Positions 28,052 to 38,952 of a stretch of 64,000 nt of DNA are shown piece by piece. The DNA is from Terrimicrobiaceae bacterium (GTDB lineage Bacteria > Verrucomicrobiota > Verrucomicrobiia > Chthoniobacterales > Terrimicrobiaceae), in assembly GCA_041752695.1 (NCBI GenBank), contig JBGSVZ010000062.1, forward strand, positions 32,001 through 96,000, written 5' to 3'. The notes under the pieces were generated by a model, which worked only from the letters and a program-made list of their open reading frames with translations, was not told the DNA's origin and ran no database searches. The position numbers and the translations under genes are program-made. Position 1 is the stretch's first letter. Every line of letters begins with the position of its first letter.

Positions 28052-28711
28052 TCACGGGCGCTGCTCTGTGATTGCTCCGGGGAGGAACTCGACCCTCTCG
28101 AACTTGCCTGCATCCAGATCCCACGTGGCCCTCATGCGGGCGGTCCAATGAGGGCCCGGGGCGAGGTTGGGTTTGTTGTCGGCGGAGAGGTTGAGATCGA
28201 GTTTGCGGCCGCGGAAGACGAAGTCGGGACTTTCTGCGTCTTCGCTGGAGATGAAGATGATGGTTTCGGTTTCGGTGGGGAATTTTTCGAGGAGCCGTTT
28301 CCGGATATCCTGGAGGAAAATTTTTCGGGCCTCGTCGAGGACCGGATGGACGCGGGTGACTTTGTCGCCCTCCAATTCGTACACCCACAGGCCGGTGAGT
28401 CCCCATCGGCGGAATTGATGGATGGCGACGGTTGTGTTTCCGTTCCATTCGGCGAACACCTCCATGGTCGCACCCTGAGGCACGCCCGGGCGGATCTCGG
28501 CCAGGACTTTGTAGGGATCGAGCTGGACGAGAAGGTTTGGGGGTTCCTGGTCGGGTGGGGCGCTGCGATCGGGATACAGCAAGGCATATCGTCCGTCCGG
28601 CGAGAGGGATTTCTCGCCGATCTCGTAGCCGTCAGGGACCCCCGCGCTGACGGACGTGACGAGGACGGCTAGAAGGAAAAACAGGGTTGGTCGGCATCTT
28701 CCCATCTTCAA
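28052..28711 (-). CDS. Secreted hypothetical protein
   Basis: Signal peptide TLFFLLAVLVTSVSA, then SLSPDGRYALLYP; overlaps the stop of the upstream gene. Confidence 0.7.
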   Translation of the reverse strand: MKMGRCRPTLFFLLAVLVTSVSAGVPDGYEIGEKSLSPDGRYALLYPDRSAPPDQEPPNLLVQLDPYKVLAEIRPGVPQGATMEVFAEWNGNTTVAIHQFRRWGLTGLWVYELEGDKVTRVHPVLDEARKIFLQDIRKRLLEKFPTETETIIFISSEDAESPDFVFRGRKLDLNLSADNKPNLAPGPHWTARMRATWDLDAGKFERVEFLPGAITEQRP

Positions 28712-29496
28712 GCGCGGCCGTCGGGAGATTTCTGAAAAGGCTGTTCATTCTTGGCGAGACGGGCGCGCTCGCCCACTTTGCCTGCTTTCCAAAAATCGGC
28801 GAACGACTGGTTTTTCACCTTTCCAACATTGGGGACCTTGTCCATCAGCCAGCAGAGCCATTTTGGAGGTTCTTCGGGGTCGTACTGGGGCACGATGCTG
28901 TTGAGGTCGTTGAGGGTTTTCAGGACCACGAAGACGAGGAAAAGGCCCCGGGCGCCCCCGGTCAGTGCGCCCGCCGCCATGCCGATGAGAATGGTCATGT
29001 GAATGATAAGGACACGGCCCATGTTGCGCTCGGCCATGACCTCGATCCACCGAAAGGGCCGACTCTTCATCTGGACCAGATCAATGAGGAAGTCCACGAT
29101 CTGAAAAGCAAGGATGAGGGCGCAGCCGAGGGTGAGTTCATGAAAGTTCAGCCGCACCTCCGCACCCCGGCCATTGGCGGTCATGATAAAAAACAGCGCC
29201 CCCAAAAATACCGCGTGGGCGGCCGAAAAGATCAGCGTGACCGGGAAGAAGTGTTGAAGAAAGGTCAGGTCGGCCTGGCGGCTTTTGTAGGCCTCGGGCT
29301 GGTCGTATTTGAAGTGTCCGCGCCGGGGCACCATCCGGCGGTGAACGAGCACCCGAAGTGCAATAAAGAGCGAGGCCAGCACGGTTTCAAACCAATAGAC
29401 GGCGAGGGTCGTGCCGGAATTCCAATCGCCGACAAACCAGCCGAGTGCAGGCACGGCATTGATTCCGAGGGCAGTGAGAATGCGCGGCAGTTTCAT
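28708..29496 (-). CDS. DUF6498-like membrane protein
   Basis: INAVPALGWFVGDW...LAVYWFET...RVLIIHMTILIG...VVLKTLND; several TM segments. Confidence 0.7.
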   Translation of the reverse strand: MKLPRILTALGINAVPALGWFVGDWNSGTTLAVYWFETVLASLFIALRVLVHRRMVPRRGHFKYDQPEAYKSRQADLTFLQHFFPVTLIFSAAHAVFLGALFFIMTANGRGAEVRLNFHELTLGCALILAFQIVDFLIDLVQMKSRPFRWIEVMAERNMGRVLIIHMTILIGMAAGALTGGARGLFLVFVVLKTLNDLNSIVPQYDPEEPPKWLCWLMDKVPNVGKVKNQSFADFWKAGKVGERARLAKNEQPFQKSPDGRA

Positions 29497-29547
29497 GGAT
29501 GCGGTGACCCCTCTAGCACGGGCCGGCGGGAGAGAGAAGATCGGAGT

Positions 29548-29673
29548 TCACTGGTCACTGGTCACTGGTCACTGGTCACTGGTCACTGGTCACTGGTCAC
29601 TGGTCACTGGTCACTGGTCACTGGTCACTCGTCACTCGTCACTCGTCACTCGTCACTCGTCACTCGTCACTCG
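29548..29673 (+). repeat. Heptamer tandem array (TCACTGG)11(TCACTCG)7
   Basis: 18 perfect units in two blocks, preceded by one TCGGAGT unit (29541-29547). Confidence 0.98.
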
Positions 29674-29682
29674 TTAACTAAA

Positions 29683-29723
29683 TTTAGAATAATTCTTGAT
29701 CAAGATTCGGTCGCACCTAAATT
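29683..29723 (+). promoter_or_regulatory. Fur-family (PerR/Irr-like) box overlapping a leaderless promoter
   Basis: TTTAGAATAATTCTTGA (29683-29699), a 7-1-7-like dyad overlapping TTGATC -35; TAAATT -10 at 29718-29723; ATG 7 nt later. Confidence 0.65.
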
Positions 29724-29730
29724 GACGTCC

Positions 29731-30162
29731 ATGAAACCTGCGGAACAAACCGGTTACGAGGAGACGATCAGCCATAGCGGCCATCGTCTCACGCCCCAGC
29801 GCCGGGAAGTTTATGACGTGCTGCTGGCGGAGCGGGACCATCCGACGGCGACGGAAGTTTTTCTTCGGGCCAAAAAGCGCATGCCTTCGATCTCGTTGGC
29901 GACCGTCTATAATTGCCTGGAGACCCTTGTATCCTGCGGCTTGGCCAAGCAGGTCAATGTCGAGCGCGATGCGACCCGATATTGCCCGAACGTGCAGGAG
30001 CACGGGCACTTTCTTTGCGAGAACTGCGGACGGGTGATGGACGTTCCCCTGGCCCCGGGCAAGCACTTGGCCCGCCTCTGGAACCTTCCCGAGGGACTCA
30101 CCGTCACCCACAGCGAAATCACCCTGCGAGGGCATTGCGGCGCCTGCTCCAGCAAATCGTAA
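29731..30162 (+). CDS. Fur-family transcriptional regulator (PerR-like)
   Basis: [43 protein letters not shown]. Confidence 0.93.
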   Translation: MKPAEQTGYEETISHSGHRLTPQRREVYDVLLAERDHPTATEVFLRAKKRMPSISLATVYNCLETLVSCGLAKQVNVERDATRYCPNVQEHGHFLCENCGRVMDVPLAPGKHLARLWNLPEGLTVTHSEITLRGHCGACSSKS

Positions 30163-30181
30163 ATCTACCATCTTAAATTTC

Positions 30182-30937
30182 ATGAGCCTCAGCATTCAAA
30201 ATCTTCACGCCAACATCGGCGACCGCGAAATCCTCAAGGGACTCAACCTGGAGATCCCCAAGGGGGAAGTTCATGCCATCATGGGCAAGAACGGTTCCGG
30301 CAAAAGCACTCTCGCCAAGGTGATGGCCGGTCATCCGACCTATGAATTGACGTCCGGAGATGTCCTGCTCGACGGGCAGAGCATCCTGGGCCTGGAGCCG
30401 GACGAACGCTCGCGCGCGGGTCTGTTTCTGGCATTTCAATACCCGATGGAAGTTCCGGGAGTGACCATTGCAAACTTTCTCCGGGCCGCCCTGCAAGCCC
30501 GCCTGGCGGAAGGTGAGGAGATCGACGCGGTGGCGTATTACAAACAGCTCTACGTCAAGATGGACGCGCTGAAGATTCCCCGCACGTTCACTTCGCGGTT
30601 CGTCAACGACGGGTTTTCCGGCGGCGAAAAAAAACGCTGTGAGATTCTTCAGATGGCCATGCTGGATCCGCTCTATGCCGTGCTTGATGAAACGGACAGT
30701 GGGCTGGACATCGACGCGCTCAAGATTGTCTCCGAGGGGGTGAATGCCTTGCGGGGCCCGGAGCGTGGCCTTCTGGTTATTACCCATTATCAACGCCTGC
30801 TCGATTACATCGTGCCCGATGTCGTCCATGTGATGGTCGACGGGCGTATCGTGATGAGCGGAGAAAAGGATCTCGCCCTGAAACTCGAAGCCCAAGGCTA
30901 CGACTGGGTGGACAAGGAAGTGGCCGCGGCGGCTTGA
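30182..30937 (+). CDS. sufC: Fe-S cluster assembly ATPase SufC
   Basis: [63 protein letters not shown]. Confidence 0.97.
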   Translation: MSLSIQNLHANIGDREILKGLNLEIPKGEVHAIMGKNGSGKSTLAKVMAGHPTYELTSGDVLLDGQSILGLEPDERSRAGLFLAFQYPMEVPGVTIANFLRAALQARLAEGEEIDAVAYYKQLYVKMDALKIPRTFTSRFVNDGFSGGEKKRCEILQMAMLDPLYAVLDETDSGLDIDALKIVSEGVNALRGPERGLLVITHYQRLLDYIVPDVVHVMVDGRIVMSGEKDLALKLEAQGYDWVDKEVAAAA

Positions 30938-30950
30938 ATAAGGAAAAATC

Positions 30951-32363
30951 ATGAGCACTGACACCAAACCCGACATCGGAATCGACCGTTCCGTCGGCGA
31001 TTTTCGTTACAATGTCGATTACACGTACGACGCCGGCACGGGTCTGAACGCAAAGACCATCGATTACATCGCGGACGTCAAAAACGACCCGGATTGGATT
31101 CGCGCTTTCCGTCATGAGGCGTACCGGAAGTTTCTTGAGAAACCCATGCCGACCCACTGGGCGAGCAAGGACCTGGAGAACATCATTTTCGACAATATCC
31201 GGTATTATCTTTCGCAGGGCACGCAGCCCAGCCGGTCCTGGGACGATGTGCCCGAGGAAATGAAGCTCACCTTTGAACGACTGGGCATCCCCGAGCAGGA
31301 GCGCAAGTTCCTCGCGGGCGTCGAGGCGCAGTTCGACAGCGAAGCCGCCTATTCCAACATCAAGGCTGCGGTGGGCGAACAGGGCGTGATTTTTGTCGGT
31401 TCCACCGAGGGCCTGCAGAAACATCCCGAGATCTTCCGCAAGTGGTTTGGCAAGGTCATTCCGACGGGAGACAACAAATTCAGCGCGCTGAACAGTGCCG
31501 TCTTCTCCGGCGGATCGTTCATCTACGTGCCTCCGGGTGTGAAAGTGAAACATCCGCTCCAGGCTTACTTCCGCATCAACGCGGAGAACTTCGGCCAGTT
31601 CGAGCGCACCCTGATCATTGCCGATGAGGGCAGCGAGGTGATGTACATGGAGGGCTGCACGGCGCCGAAGTTTGAAACGTCCACTTTGCATAGCGCGGTG
31701 GTGGAACTGGTGGCGATGAAGGGGGCGAAGATTCAATACGTGACCGTGCAGAATTGGTCGCCCAACGTCTTTAACCTCGTGACCAAGCGCGGCCTTGCTC
31801 ATGAGGAGGCTGAAATCAAATGGATCGATTGTAACATCGGGTCCCGCCTGACGATGAAATATCCGGGCGTGGTAATGAAAGGCCGCAAAGCCCGTGGCGA
31901 GGTGATCTCCATCGCGCTGGCCAGTGACGGACAGCATCAGGACACCGGCGCAAAGATGATTCATGCCGCCGATGAGACGACCAGCAACATTGTTTCCAAA
32001 AGCATCAGTGTGGGCACAGGGAGGTCCACCTATCGGGGTCTCGTTCACGTGCCGAAACACCTCAAGGGGTGCAAAAACAACACCGAGTGCGATGCGCTCC
32101 TGATTAATTCCCACAGCCGCACGGACACCTATCCCGCGATCTCCGTGCGCGGCCAGGGCAATGCCTGCCAGCACGAAGCGAGCGTCAGCCAGATCAGCGC
32201 CGAGCAGATCTTTTACATGCAGCAGCGTGGGATTTCCGAAGGCGCGGCCATGAGCCTTGCGGTCAACGGTTTTGTCAACGACCTCGTGCAGCAGTTCCCG
32301 ATGGAATACTCCGTGGAGTTGAAACGCCTGATCGACCTCGAGATGGAGGGATCGGTCGGATGA
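30951..32363 (+). CDS. sufB: Fe-S cluster assembly protein SufB
   Basis: [58 protein letters not shown]. Confidence 0.97.
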   Translation: MSTDTKPDIGIDRSVGDFRYNVDYTYDAGTGLNAKTIDYIADVKNDPDWIRAFRHEAYRKFLEKPMPTHWASKDLENIIFDNIRYYLSQGTQPSRSWDDVPEEMKLTFERLGIPEQERKFLAGVEAQFDSEAAYSNIKAAVGEQGVIFVGSTEGLQKHPEIFRKWFGKVIPTGDNKFSALNSAVFSGGSFIYVPPGVKVKHPLQAYFRINAENFGQFERTLIIADEGSEVMYMEGCTAPKFETSTLHSAVVELVAMKGAKIQYVTVQNWSPNVFNLVTKRGLAHEEAEIKWIDCNIGSRLTMKYPGVVMKGRKARGEVISIALASDGQHQDTGAKMIHAADETTSNIVSKSISVGTGRSTYRGLVHVPKHLKGCKNNTECDALLINSHSRTDTYPAISVRGQGNACQHEASVSQISAEQIFYMQQRGISEGAAMSLAVNGFVNDLVQQFPMEYSVELKRLIDLEMEGSVG

Positions 32364-33643
32364 GTGCTGTGATGGACGATCTGAAAACGGAATCCGCAGC
32401 GAAGACCTGGCCCGAGTGGTTCGTCGATCAGCAGAACGCCGCGCTGGCGGACTTCGAAGCCACCCCGTCGCCGACCCGCAAGGATGAGCCCTGGCGCTTC
32501 GCCAGCATCGGCGCGCTGGATTTGTCCGCGTTTATTCCGGCGGCCCCGGTTTCCAGCGAAGGCCGTCTCATTAATGCCTCGGTGGGTGCGGCGGAGTTTT
32601 CCGCGAAGGTCGTCTTTGGGAATAACGTACTTTTGTTTCAGGACACCGAGCGGCTGCCTGCGGGGGTGTTGCTCAAGCCGCTGGAAGTTGCCGCGCGTGA
32701 GGATGAGGCGTTGTTTCGAAAATATTTCATGGCCCAGCCGGTGGAACTCGGTTCGCACAAATATGCCGCCCTGCACAAGGCGCGGTTGACGACCGGAGCC
32801 TTTCTTTACGTGCCCAAAAATACCGAGGTGGCCCTGCCCATCGAGCTTTTCCACTGGGTGGAGGGCGAAAATGCCTCGGTCTTTCCGCACACGCTGATCG
32901 TCTGCGGGGAGAACAGCAAGGTGACCGTGATTGATCGTTTTCAGAGTGCCGATGGCAAGCGGGCGTTCGCCTGCGGCGTGAATGACCTTCACCTCGAACG
33001 CGGCGCGCAGCTCACCTATGTGGCCGTGCAGGATTGGGCGCGGGAGTCGCTCGCCTTTCACATCAATTCCACCATCGTGGATCGCGACGCGTCCTCGACG
33101 GCGCTCAACGCGAACTTTGGAGGCGGCTTTGTCCGCGGCGAGTCGCTTAGCCGGATGATTGGCGAAGGCGCGCGCAGTGTGATGCTGTCGCTCAATCCCA
33201 TGGATGGGGCGCGTCAGATCGACCAGCGCACGCTGCAGGATCATGTGGCTCCCCACGCGACGAGTGATCTGCTTTATCTCAACTCGCTCGATGGCACCAC
33301 GCGCACAATTTTCGCTGGCCTGATCAAGGTGGGTGAGGGAGCCCATAAAACCGATGCCTACCAGAAGGTGCGCAATCTTATGCTGAGCGACGAGGCCGAG
33401 GCCAATTCGATGCCGGGGCTGGAGATTCTGGCCGACGACGTACGCTGCACCCATGGTGCGACTGCGGGGGAGATCAACGACGACGAGTTGTTTTATCTCC
33501 AGGCGCGGGGAATCTCCAAAAATGCCGGACGCCGGTTGATTCAGAATGGGTTTTTCCAGTCGCTGCTTGAACGCTTGGAATCCGAGGAACTGCGTGCGTA
33601 TCTTTCGCGCATGATCAGTGAAAATCTCGGTATTCCTGCTTGA
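32360..33643 (+). CDS. sufD: Fe-S cluster assembly protein SufD
   Basis: [47 protein letters not shown]. Confidence 0.93.
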   Translation: MSAVMDDLKTESAAKTWPEWFVDQQNAALADFEATPSPTRKDEPWRFASIGALDLSAFIPAAPVSSEGRLINASVGAAEFSAKVVFGNNVLLFQDTERLPAGVLLKPLEVAAREDEALFRKYFMAQPVELGSHKYAALHKARLTTGAFLYVPKNTEVALPIELFHWVEGENASVFPHTLIVCGENSKVTVIDRFQSADGKRAFACGVNDLHLERGAQLTYVAVQDWARESLAFHINSTIVDRDASSTALNANFGGGFVRGESLSRMIGEGARSVMLSLNPMDGARQIDQRTLQDHVAPHATSDLLYLNSLDGTTRTIFAGLIKVGEGAHKTDAYQKVRNLMLSDEAEANSMPGLEILADDVRCTHGATAGEINDDELFYLQARGISKNAGRRLIQNGFFQSLLERLESEELRAYLSRMISENLGIPA

Positions 33644-33772
33644 AGATCCAGGCAGCCGCCCACATTCGCAAGATTCCATCGTTGTTCCCCTCCGCCCGGG
33701 TGAGCACGGGTTTGGCTGTGGCTCTCCTACGGGCCACGTGCAAGGACAGGGAAGGGCCTGTTAAGAAAAAGC

Positions 33773-33846
33773 GTGGCTGCAGGAATTGTCGCCGCCCTGC
33801 TGTCGGAGAGCGTTCTCCCGGCGCGGCGACACAGCGCTGCGGCTAC
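33773..33846. repeat. Degenerate REP-like inverted repeat / long hairpin
   Basis: GTGGCTGCAG..TGTCGCCGC pairs with GCGGCGACA..CTGCGGCTAC (GTAG on the minus strand); inner GGAGA-GCGT-TCTCC hairpin. Confidence 0.55.
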
Positions 33847-33941
33847 CGTGAAACGAAAACCGCTTCAGGGAGCGCGGCTTCCTTTAACTTTGCCGCAGTT
33901 CCTCCCGACCGGGGTCGTCCGGAGACGGGTGCGTCCTATTG

Positions 33942-35858
33942 ATGTTTGCTAAACTTGGTCAGCTTGCGCCGTCGGCGCAGGTGCGAGTCTGGCTGGGAGC
34001 GCTGGGACTCGGGCTGATCTCCTACCTTGTCCTGGCAGACAAACCCTGGACGGTCCTTGTCCCCGACGACCGGCCAATGAAAGTCTCCGAGTTCGTCACG
34101 AAATACCTCTGGATTGCCGCAGCCATCAATCTTGGATTCACCGCGGTTCTGGCGGCGACGGCGGGCTGGTGGGCTGCGCCGTTTCGCGGCGAACTCTCAA
34201 CGTTCAACGTTCAACGTTCAACGCCGAGATGGTTTTGGCCGCTGGTAATTTTTGCGATGGCCCTCACCGCCTGGCTGGGCTGGCCACGCCTGGGTCTCGG
34301 CGTCTGGCACGACGAGGCCACCCGCGTGAACAACACGATTGCGGGGCAGTTCAAAGCCAAGCCGGACGGCACATTTGTCTATCGGCCGGTGAAATGGCAG
34401 CAAACGTTTTTTTCCTTTGAGCTTCCCAACCACCTCCTGCAGACCGTGTTGAGTCGGGTGGCCAACGAAACCTGGAGGGCGGTGGCAAAACCGAAAGGCC
34501 TGCAATTCAGCGAGGTCGCGATCCGACTTCCCGGATATCTGGCGGGCCTGGTGGGACTGGCGGGTCTCGCGGTCCTGGGGTGGCGGATCGGCTTTCCGGA
34601 GGCGGGAGTGGTGGCGGCCTTTCTCCTGGCGGTGCATCCTTGGTATCTCCGCTACGTCGGCGAGGCTCGGGCGTATATTTTTGTGATGGCGCTCATGCCG
34701 GTGCTGGTGCTGAGTTTTCTCAACGCGGTGGAACGGGGGCGCTGGAGGTGGTGGGCGGCGTTTGCGGCGGTGGAGTTTTGCCTCATCTACCTCTACGCGG
34801 TCAGCGTGTGGATTGTCTTGGTGGCGAATGTCTGTGTGCTGGCGGCCTTGCTGGCACGGTGGGGAGTCACCAGGGAGTTGGCGGGACAGCTTGGGAGGTG
34901 GCTTGTCTCCGGACTGCTCGCGGCGATGGCTTTGCTTCAGCTTATGTTGCCCTGCGTTCCGCAGTTTGTGACTTACGCGAACGAAAGCCTGGGGAGGAAA
35001 GGGGCCGACTCTCAGTGGATTGTAAGTTTTCTCTCCCATCTGCTGGCGGGCATCCCGTGGAGCTACACGCACTCCCGGGAGCCTTCCCCGTATCTGGAAA
35101 TGATGCCCTGGTTCAGCCTTCACCCGGTTGCGGGCGGGTTGATCGTCGGGGTGTTCGGGGTGGGATTGGTGGCTGGCGGCATCCGTCTTCTCGGCAGGAA
35201 GTTGCCGGTGGCTCTGGTGCCCGTGATGCTCTTGCTTCCGGGGGCGTTTTATTATTGGGAATCGATCAGCCGGGGGCGGCTTTTTCACGAATGGTATCTG
35301 ATTTTTATTCTTCCCGGTTGTGCCCTGCTCGTCGCGCTGGGCTGGACCGCCGTCTCCCGCCGGGCGGGGATTTCCCTCGGTGTCGGCCTGGGAGCGGTGG
35401 CGCTGTTCGCCGTTTGGACCACGCCCCAGCGTGAGCTGTTGCGGTCGCGTTCCGTCCAGCCCAACCGGGAATCCGTGCTGCTGACGCGCCCGACTCTGGA
35501 CCCGAACGATCCGCGCCAGCCGCATATTCTGACCGCGACCTTTTTTTCGCCGCCGGGGCCCTATGATCCCCGCATCGAGCGATTCACGACCATCCCCGAA
35601 ATGGTCGGCCTGATGGAACGCGCCGACCGGGAGAACGCCTCCCTCTTTATCAATCTAGGTTTCCTGGAGACCGTCGCCATGGAACATCCGGCGAAATATG
35701 CCCTGGTAAAATCGCCCGCCCTTTTTACCCGGGTCGCCTTTCTCCCGGGCCTGCACCCGGCGCTCTCCCGGGAGGTCTTCGCGTATGTCCCCGGGGCGGT
35801 CGCTGGAATTGATTTTTCCACTCTGAAAGACGATCCCTCCAGGAAATCGCACGATTGA
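33942..35858 (+). CDS. GT-C (PMT/ArnT-like) membrane glycosyltransferase, paralog 1
   Basis: KPW..., WWAAP, PRWFWPL, W-HDE acidic motif, PNHLL, RLP, AFLLAVHPWYLRYVGEARAY; C-terminal QPNRESVLLTRPTLDP domain. Confidence 0.8.
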   Translation: MFAKLGQLAPSAQVRVWLGALGLGLISYLVLADKPWTVLVPDDRPMKVSEFVTKYLWIAAAINLGFTAVLAATAGWWAAPFRGELSTFNVQRSTPRWFWPLVIFAMALTAWLGWPRLGLGVWHDEATRVNNTIAGQFKAKPDGTFVYRPVKWQQTFFSFELPNHLLQTVLSRVANETWRAVAKPKGLQFSEVAIRLPGYLAGLVGLAGLAVLGWRIGFPEAGVVAAFLLAVHPWYLRYVGEARAYIFVMALMPVLVLSFLNAVERGRWRWWAAFAAVEFCLIYLYAVSVWIVLVANVCVLAALLARWGVTRELAGQLGRWLVSGLLAAMALLQLMLPCVPQFVTYANESLGRKGADSQWIVSFLSHLLAGIPWSYTHSREPSPYLEMMPWFSLHPVAGGLIVGVFGVGLVAGGIRLLGRKLPVALVPVMLLLPGAFYYWESISRGRLFHEWYLIFILPGCALLVALGWTAVSRRAGISLGVGLGAVALFAVWTTPQRELLRSRSVQPNRESVLLTRPTLDPNDPRQPHILTATFFSPPGPYDPRIERFTTIPEMVGLMERADRENASLFINLGFLETVAMEHPAKYALVKSPALFTRVAFLPGLHPALSREVFAYVPGAVAGIDFSTLKDDPSRKSHD

Positions 35859-35923
35859 GATTTGCGAGAGACGCGAATATTCCAGACAATAATTCTCGCG
35901 AAAAGTCCACCAACTCCCATCTC

Positions 35924-37864
35924 ATGCAGCAGTATCTTCGAAGACTTTCCCACGCCCGGCAGATCCAAATCGGGCTTGCGATCCTTGGCCTCGCGCTTTT
36001 GGCCTATTTGCTTTTTGCCGGAAAACCCTGGAACATTTCAGTGCCCGAAGGCAAAACGCTAAAGGTCTCCCAGTTCGCCACGATCTATTTGTGGTATGCC
36101 GCGGCGGTTAATCTGGTCGTGACAGGACTCCTCGCCGCCACGGCGAAATGGTGGAGCGCGCCGCTCCAGATCACCCATCAAACATCGCAAATCCAACATC
36201 CCCGCCATCCCCGATGGTTCTGGCCGCTGGTGATCCTGGCCATGGCGATTACGGCGTTCACCGGCTGGCCGCGTCTCGGGCAGAGTCTCTGGCATGACGA
36301 GGCTTATCCGGTGCGGCGGGCGATTCTGGGAACCTACCGGACGCAGGACGACGGTTCGCTGAAACTCAAGAACGTCTCCTGGCAGGAAACGTTTTTTTAC
36401 TACACCAAACCCAACCACATGCTGCACAGCGTGGTCTGCCGGATCTCGAATGACACCTGGCGGTTCTTCGCCAAACCCAAGGGGCTGCAGTTTAATGAGG
36501 TGGCGCTCCGGCTTCCGACGTATCTGGCGGGCATCGCCAGCATTGCCTGCATTGCGCTTTTTGTGCGCAAGCTCGGGTATCCCTCAGCTGCCGTCATCGC
36601 GGCGTTTCTTTTCGCTCTTCACCCATGGCAGATTCGTTACGCCACGGAGGGTCGGGCCTATGCCTTCGTCTTCGTGCTGGTGCCCCTGCTTTTCTATTTT
36701 TTCCTTCAGGCCCTGGACCGGGGAAGGTGGCGATGGTGGATTGCCTTTGCGGCGACCCAAGTGCTGCTGATGCACTCGTATCTGACCTGTATTCACATCC
36801 TGGTTGTCTTCAATCTTTGTGCTCCGCTGGTCATTTGGTGCAAATACGGGAAATCGCGGGAAGCCCTCCTGATGGGCACGCGCTGGTTTGTGGCCAACGT
36901 CTTTGCGGCCATGGCCTTCCTGCAATTGATGCTGCCCATCGTGCCGCAGCTCATTGCCTACCTCGACGAGACCCACGAACTGGGGGATGTCGATTATCGC
37001 TGGACGCAAAGTTTCCTCTCCCATCTGCTCAGCGGCCAGCCGTGGAGTTACACGCTGAAATATCAGACGCCTTACATTGAGATCTACCCCTGGGCGGTGG
37101 ATCACCCGGGACTGTTTGTCCTGATTTGCCTTCTGGCCATCGGCTTCTTTGTCGCCGGCGTCCGCCGACTGATCGCGTACGGCCCCGTGCGCGGTCTGCT
37201 GGTCGTCCCGATGCTGCTTCCCGCGGTCGGGTGTTTCATTCAGATGCGGATTACCTCCGGACACATGTATGTCTGGTATATCATCTACATTTTGCCGGGC
37301 GCGGTAGCTCTCGCCGCGCTCGGACTTGACGAATTGATTTCCGGCACCCGTAACCGCTGGGGGAAAATCGTCGCCGTCGCCGGGGTGGCGGCTCTGCTCG
37401 CAGGCTATGCGGCCTGGACCGCCCCCCAGCGCGACCGCCTGATGGCCGGTCCACTCCAGCCCAACCGCGAGTCGGTTTTGCTGACACGCCCGACGCTGGA
37501 TCCGAACGACCCGCGTCAGGACAAAATCATCACGTCCACGTTTTTCGGGGATCCTTATCCCTATGATCCCCGCATGGTGACCTTCCGTACCATGCCAAAA
37601 TTTGCTGAGCTGATTCGTCAGGCGGACGCGGAGAACAAAGAGCTCTACGTGAATCTTGGATACCTTGTGACGGTCGAGGGCGAGCACATTCACAAATACG
37701 AATTCCTGAAAAATTCCGGCCTCTTCGAAGACCTTGGCATCCTCCGCGGATATCAGTCCCTCCAGTCGCGCCACGTCTTCCGCTACAAACCCGGCAGCGC
37801 CGCCGGCTTTGACTTCAACTCCGTGCCGCCGGATCGCGGCAGCCCGGGTCACGATGAGGAGTAG
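35924..37864 (+). CDS. GT-C membrane glycosyltransferase, paralog 2
   Basis: Same motif order: SLWHDE, PNHML, LRLP, ALHPWQIRYATEGRAY, QPNRESVLLTRPTLDPNDPRQ. Confidence 0.8.
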   Translation: MQQYLRRLSHARQIQIGLAILGLALLAYLLFAGKPWNISVPEGKTLKVSQFATIYLWYAAAVNLVVTGLLAATAKWWSAPLQITHQTSQIQHPRHPRWFWPLVILAMAITAFTGWPRLGQSLWHDEAYPVRRAILGTYRTQDDGSLKLKNVSWQETFFYYTKPNHMLHSVVCRISNDTWRFFAKPKGLQFNEVALRLPTYLAGIASIACIALFVRKLGYPSAAVIAAFLFALHPWQIRYATEGRAYAFVFVLVPLLFYFFLQALDRGRWRWWIAFAATQVLLMHSYLTCIHILVVFNLCAPLVIWCKYGKSREALLMGTRWFVANVFAAMAFLQLMLPIVPQLIAYLDETHELGDVDYRWTQSFLSHLLSGQPWSYTLKYQTPYIEIYPWAVDHPGLFVLICLLAIGFFVAGVRRLIAYGPVRGLLVVPMLLPAVGCFIQMRITSGHMYVWYIIYILPGAVALAALGLDELISGTRNRWGKIVAVAGVAALLAGYAAWTAPQRDRLMAGPLQPNRESVLLTRPTLDPNDPRQDKIITSTFFGDPYPYDPRMVTFRTMPKFAELIRQADAENKELYVNLGYLVTVEGEHIHKYEFLKNSGLFEDLGILRGYQSLQSRHVFRYKPGSAAGFDFNSVPPDRGSPGHDEE

Positions 37865-38034
37865 GGGGCGGCACGGAAGGGCCCCAGCCGAAATGGCAAA
37901 CGGACCGAATGGTTCCGGGGCAGCGCCTCTTCTTCGGACTAGAATGGCAGCAGATATCCCGGCTGGCAGGGGTTGTTTCCTCCGCGTGTTTGAGCTTGAG
38001 CCCAGATTGAAAGACGGTTCTTCTCGTACCTCTC

Positions 38035-38952
38035 ATGTCCGTCTGTCCCCCGTCCTTGCAAGAAGTCGCGTGTCCGATTTGCCGCAAACCTGGGGGTGAC
38101 GTGGTTTATGCCTTGGCCGGTGCCGAAGGCGGTGGGCGGACCGTTGTTCAGTGTCCGACCTGCGCGCTTCTGTTTGTAAGCCCCCGCATTTCCAGCGAGA
38201 GCATTGAGGCGAAGTACACCAGCAAGACGTATTTCGAACGTGAGGACAGTGCGACGGGCTATCGGAATTACATTGAGGACCGTGATCTTCATCTGCTCTT
38301 TTTCCGGCGGCAGCTACGTGAGCTCGAAGAGTTGACCAGCAAGGGTCGGCTCTTGGATGTGGGCTGCGCGGGAGGGTTTTTGGTGGCGGAGGCCGTGCGT
38401 CGCGGCTGGCAGGCCGAAGGGGTGGAATTGTCCCCCTTTGCCTCCGAATATGCCCGGGAGACACTGGGTCTGAAAGTGGTAACGGGCAGCCTGCGCGGCT
38501 CGGCTTTGCCGTCCGGACAGTTTCGTGCGGTTTTTATGGATGACGTTATTGAGCATTTTGAAGACCCCTTGATTGAGGCGGAGGAAGTGTGTCGTGTCCT
38601 CGAACCGGGAGGGTTTTTCATTCTCCACACGCCCAACGCGGCCAGCCCCTGGCGGCACCTGATGGGCAACAAGTGGGTGCACCTCAAGCCGGATGAACAT
38701 CTGTTTTATTTTGACCCCGCCAGTTTGGGCCGGCTTTTGCACAAAGCGGGATTTGAGGTGGTTTCCGCGCGGGCCTGCAGCAAGGCCACCAATTTGCATT
38801 ACATTTTTGGCGTGGCGGGCAAGCTGCTGCCGGGTCTGGCCGCGCTGATGGACCGCCTCTTTGGCCGGAGCGTTCTTTGGCGCAAGCCCTTTCCTTTTCG
38901 CGGCGGGGGTATGCAGGTGATTGCCCGCAAGCCACAAGCTCCCGGCGCGTGA
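38035..38952 (+). CDS. Class I SAM-dependent methyltransferase with N-terminal Zn ribbon
   Basis: CPIC...CPTC; LLDVGCAGG; DVIEHFEDP; EHLFYF. Confidence 0.9.
   Translation: MSVCPPSLQEVACPICRKPGGDVVYALAGAEGGGRTVVQCPTCALLFVSPRISSESIEAKYTSKTYFEREDSATGYRNYIEDRDLHLLFFRRQLRELEELTSKGRLLDVGCAGGFLVAEAVRRGWQAEGVELSPFASEYARETLGLKVVTGSLRGSALPSGQFRAVFMDDVIEHFEDPLIEAEEVCRVLEPGGFFILHTPNAASPWRHLMGNKWVHLKPDEHLFYFDPASLGRLLHKAGFEVVSARACSKATNLHYIFGVAGKLLPGLAALMDRLFGRSVLWRKPFPFRGGGMQVIARKPQAPGA

Noticed and set aside
2224..29673. Possible CRISPR array in the tandem repeats
   Set aside because: Units are 7 bp with no unique spacers, and there are no cas genes in the window.
28687..29730. 491-aa ORF apparently fusing a long N-terminus with SLVTGHW repeats to the Fur domain
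   Set aside because: The upstream part is antisense to a real gene and runs through a stop-free heptamer tract; promoter and operator support ATG 29731.
33640..33942. 100-aa ORF between sufD and GT-C paralog 1
   Set aside because: No recognisable motif; it overlaps a REP-like hairpin and is probably non-coding.
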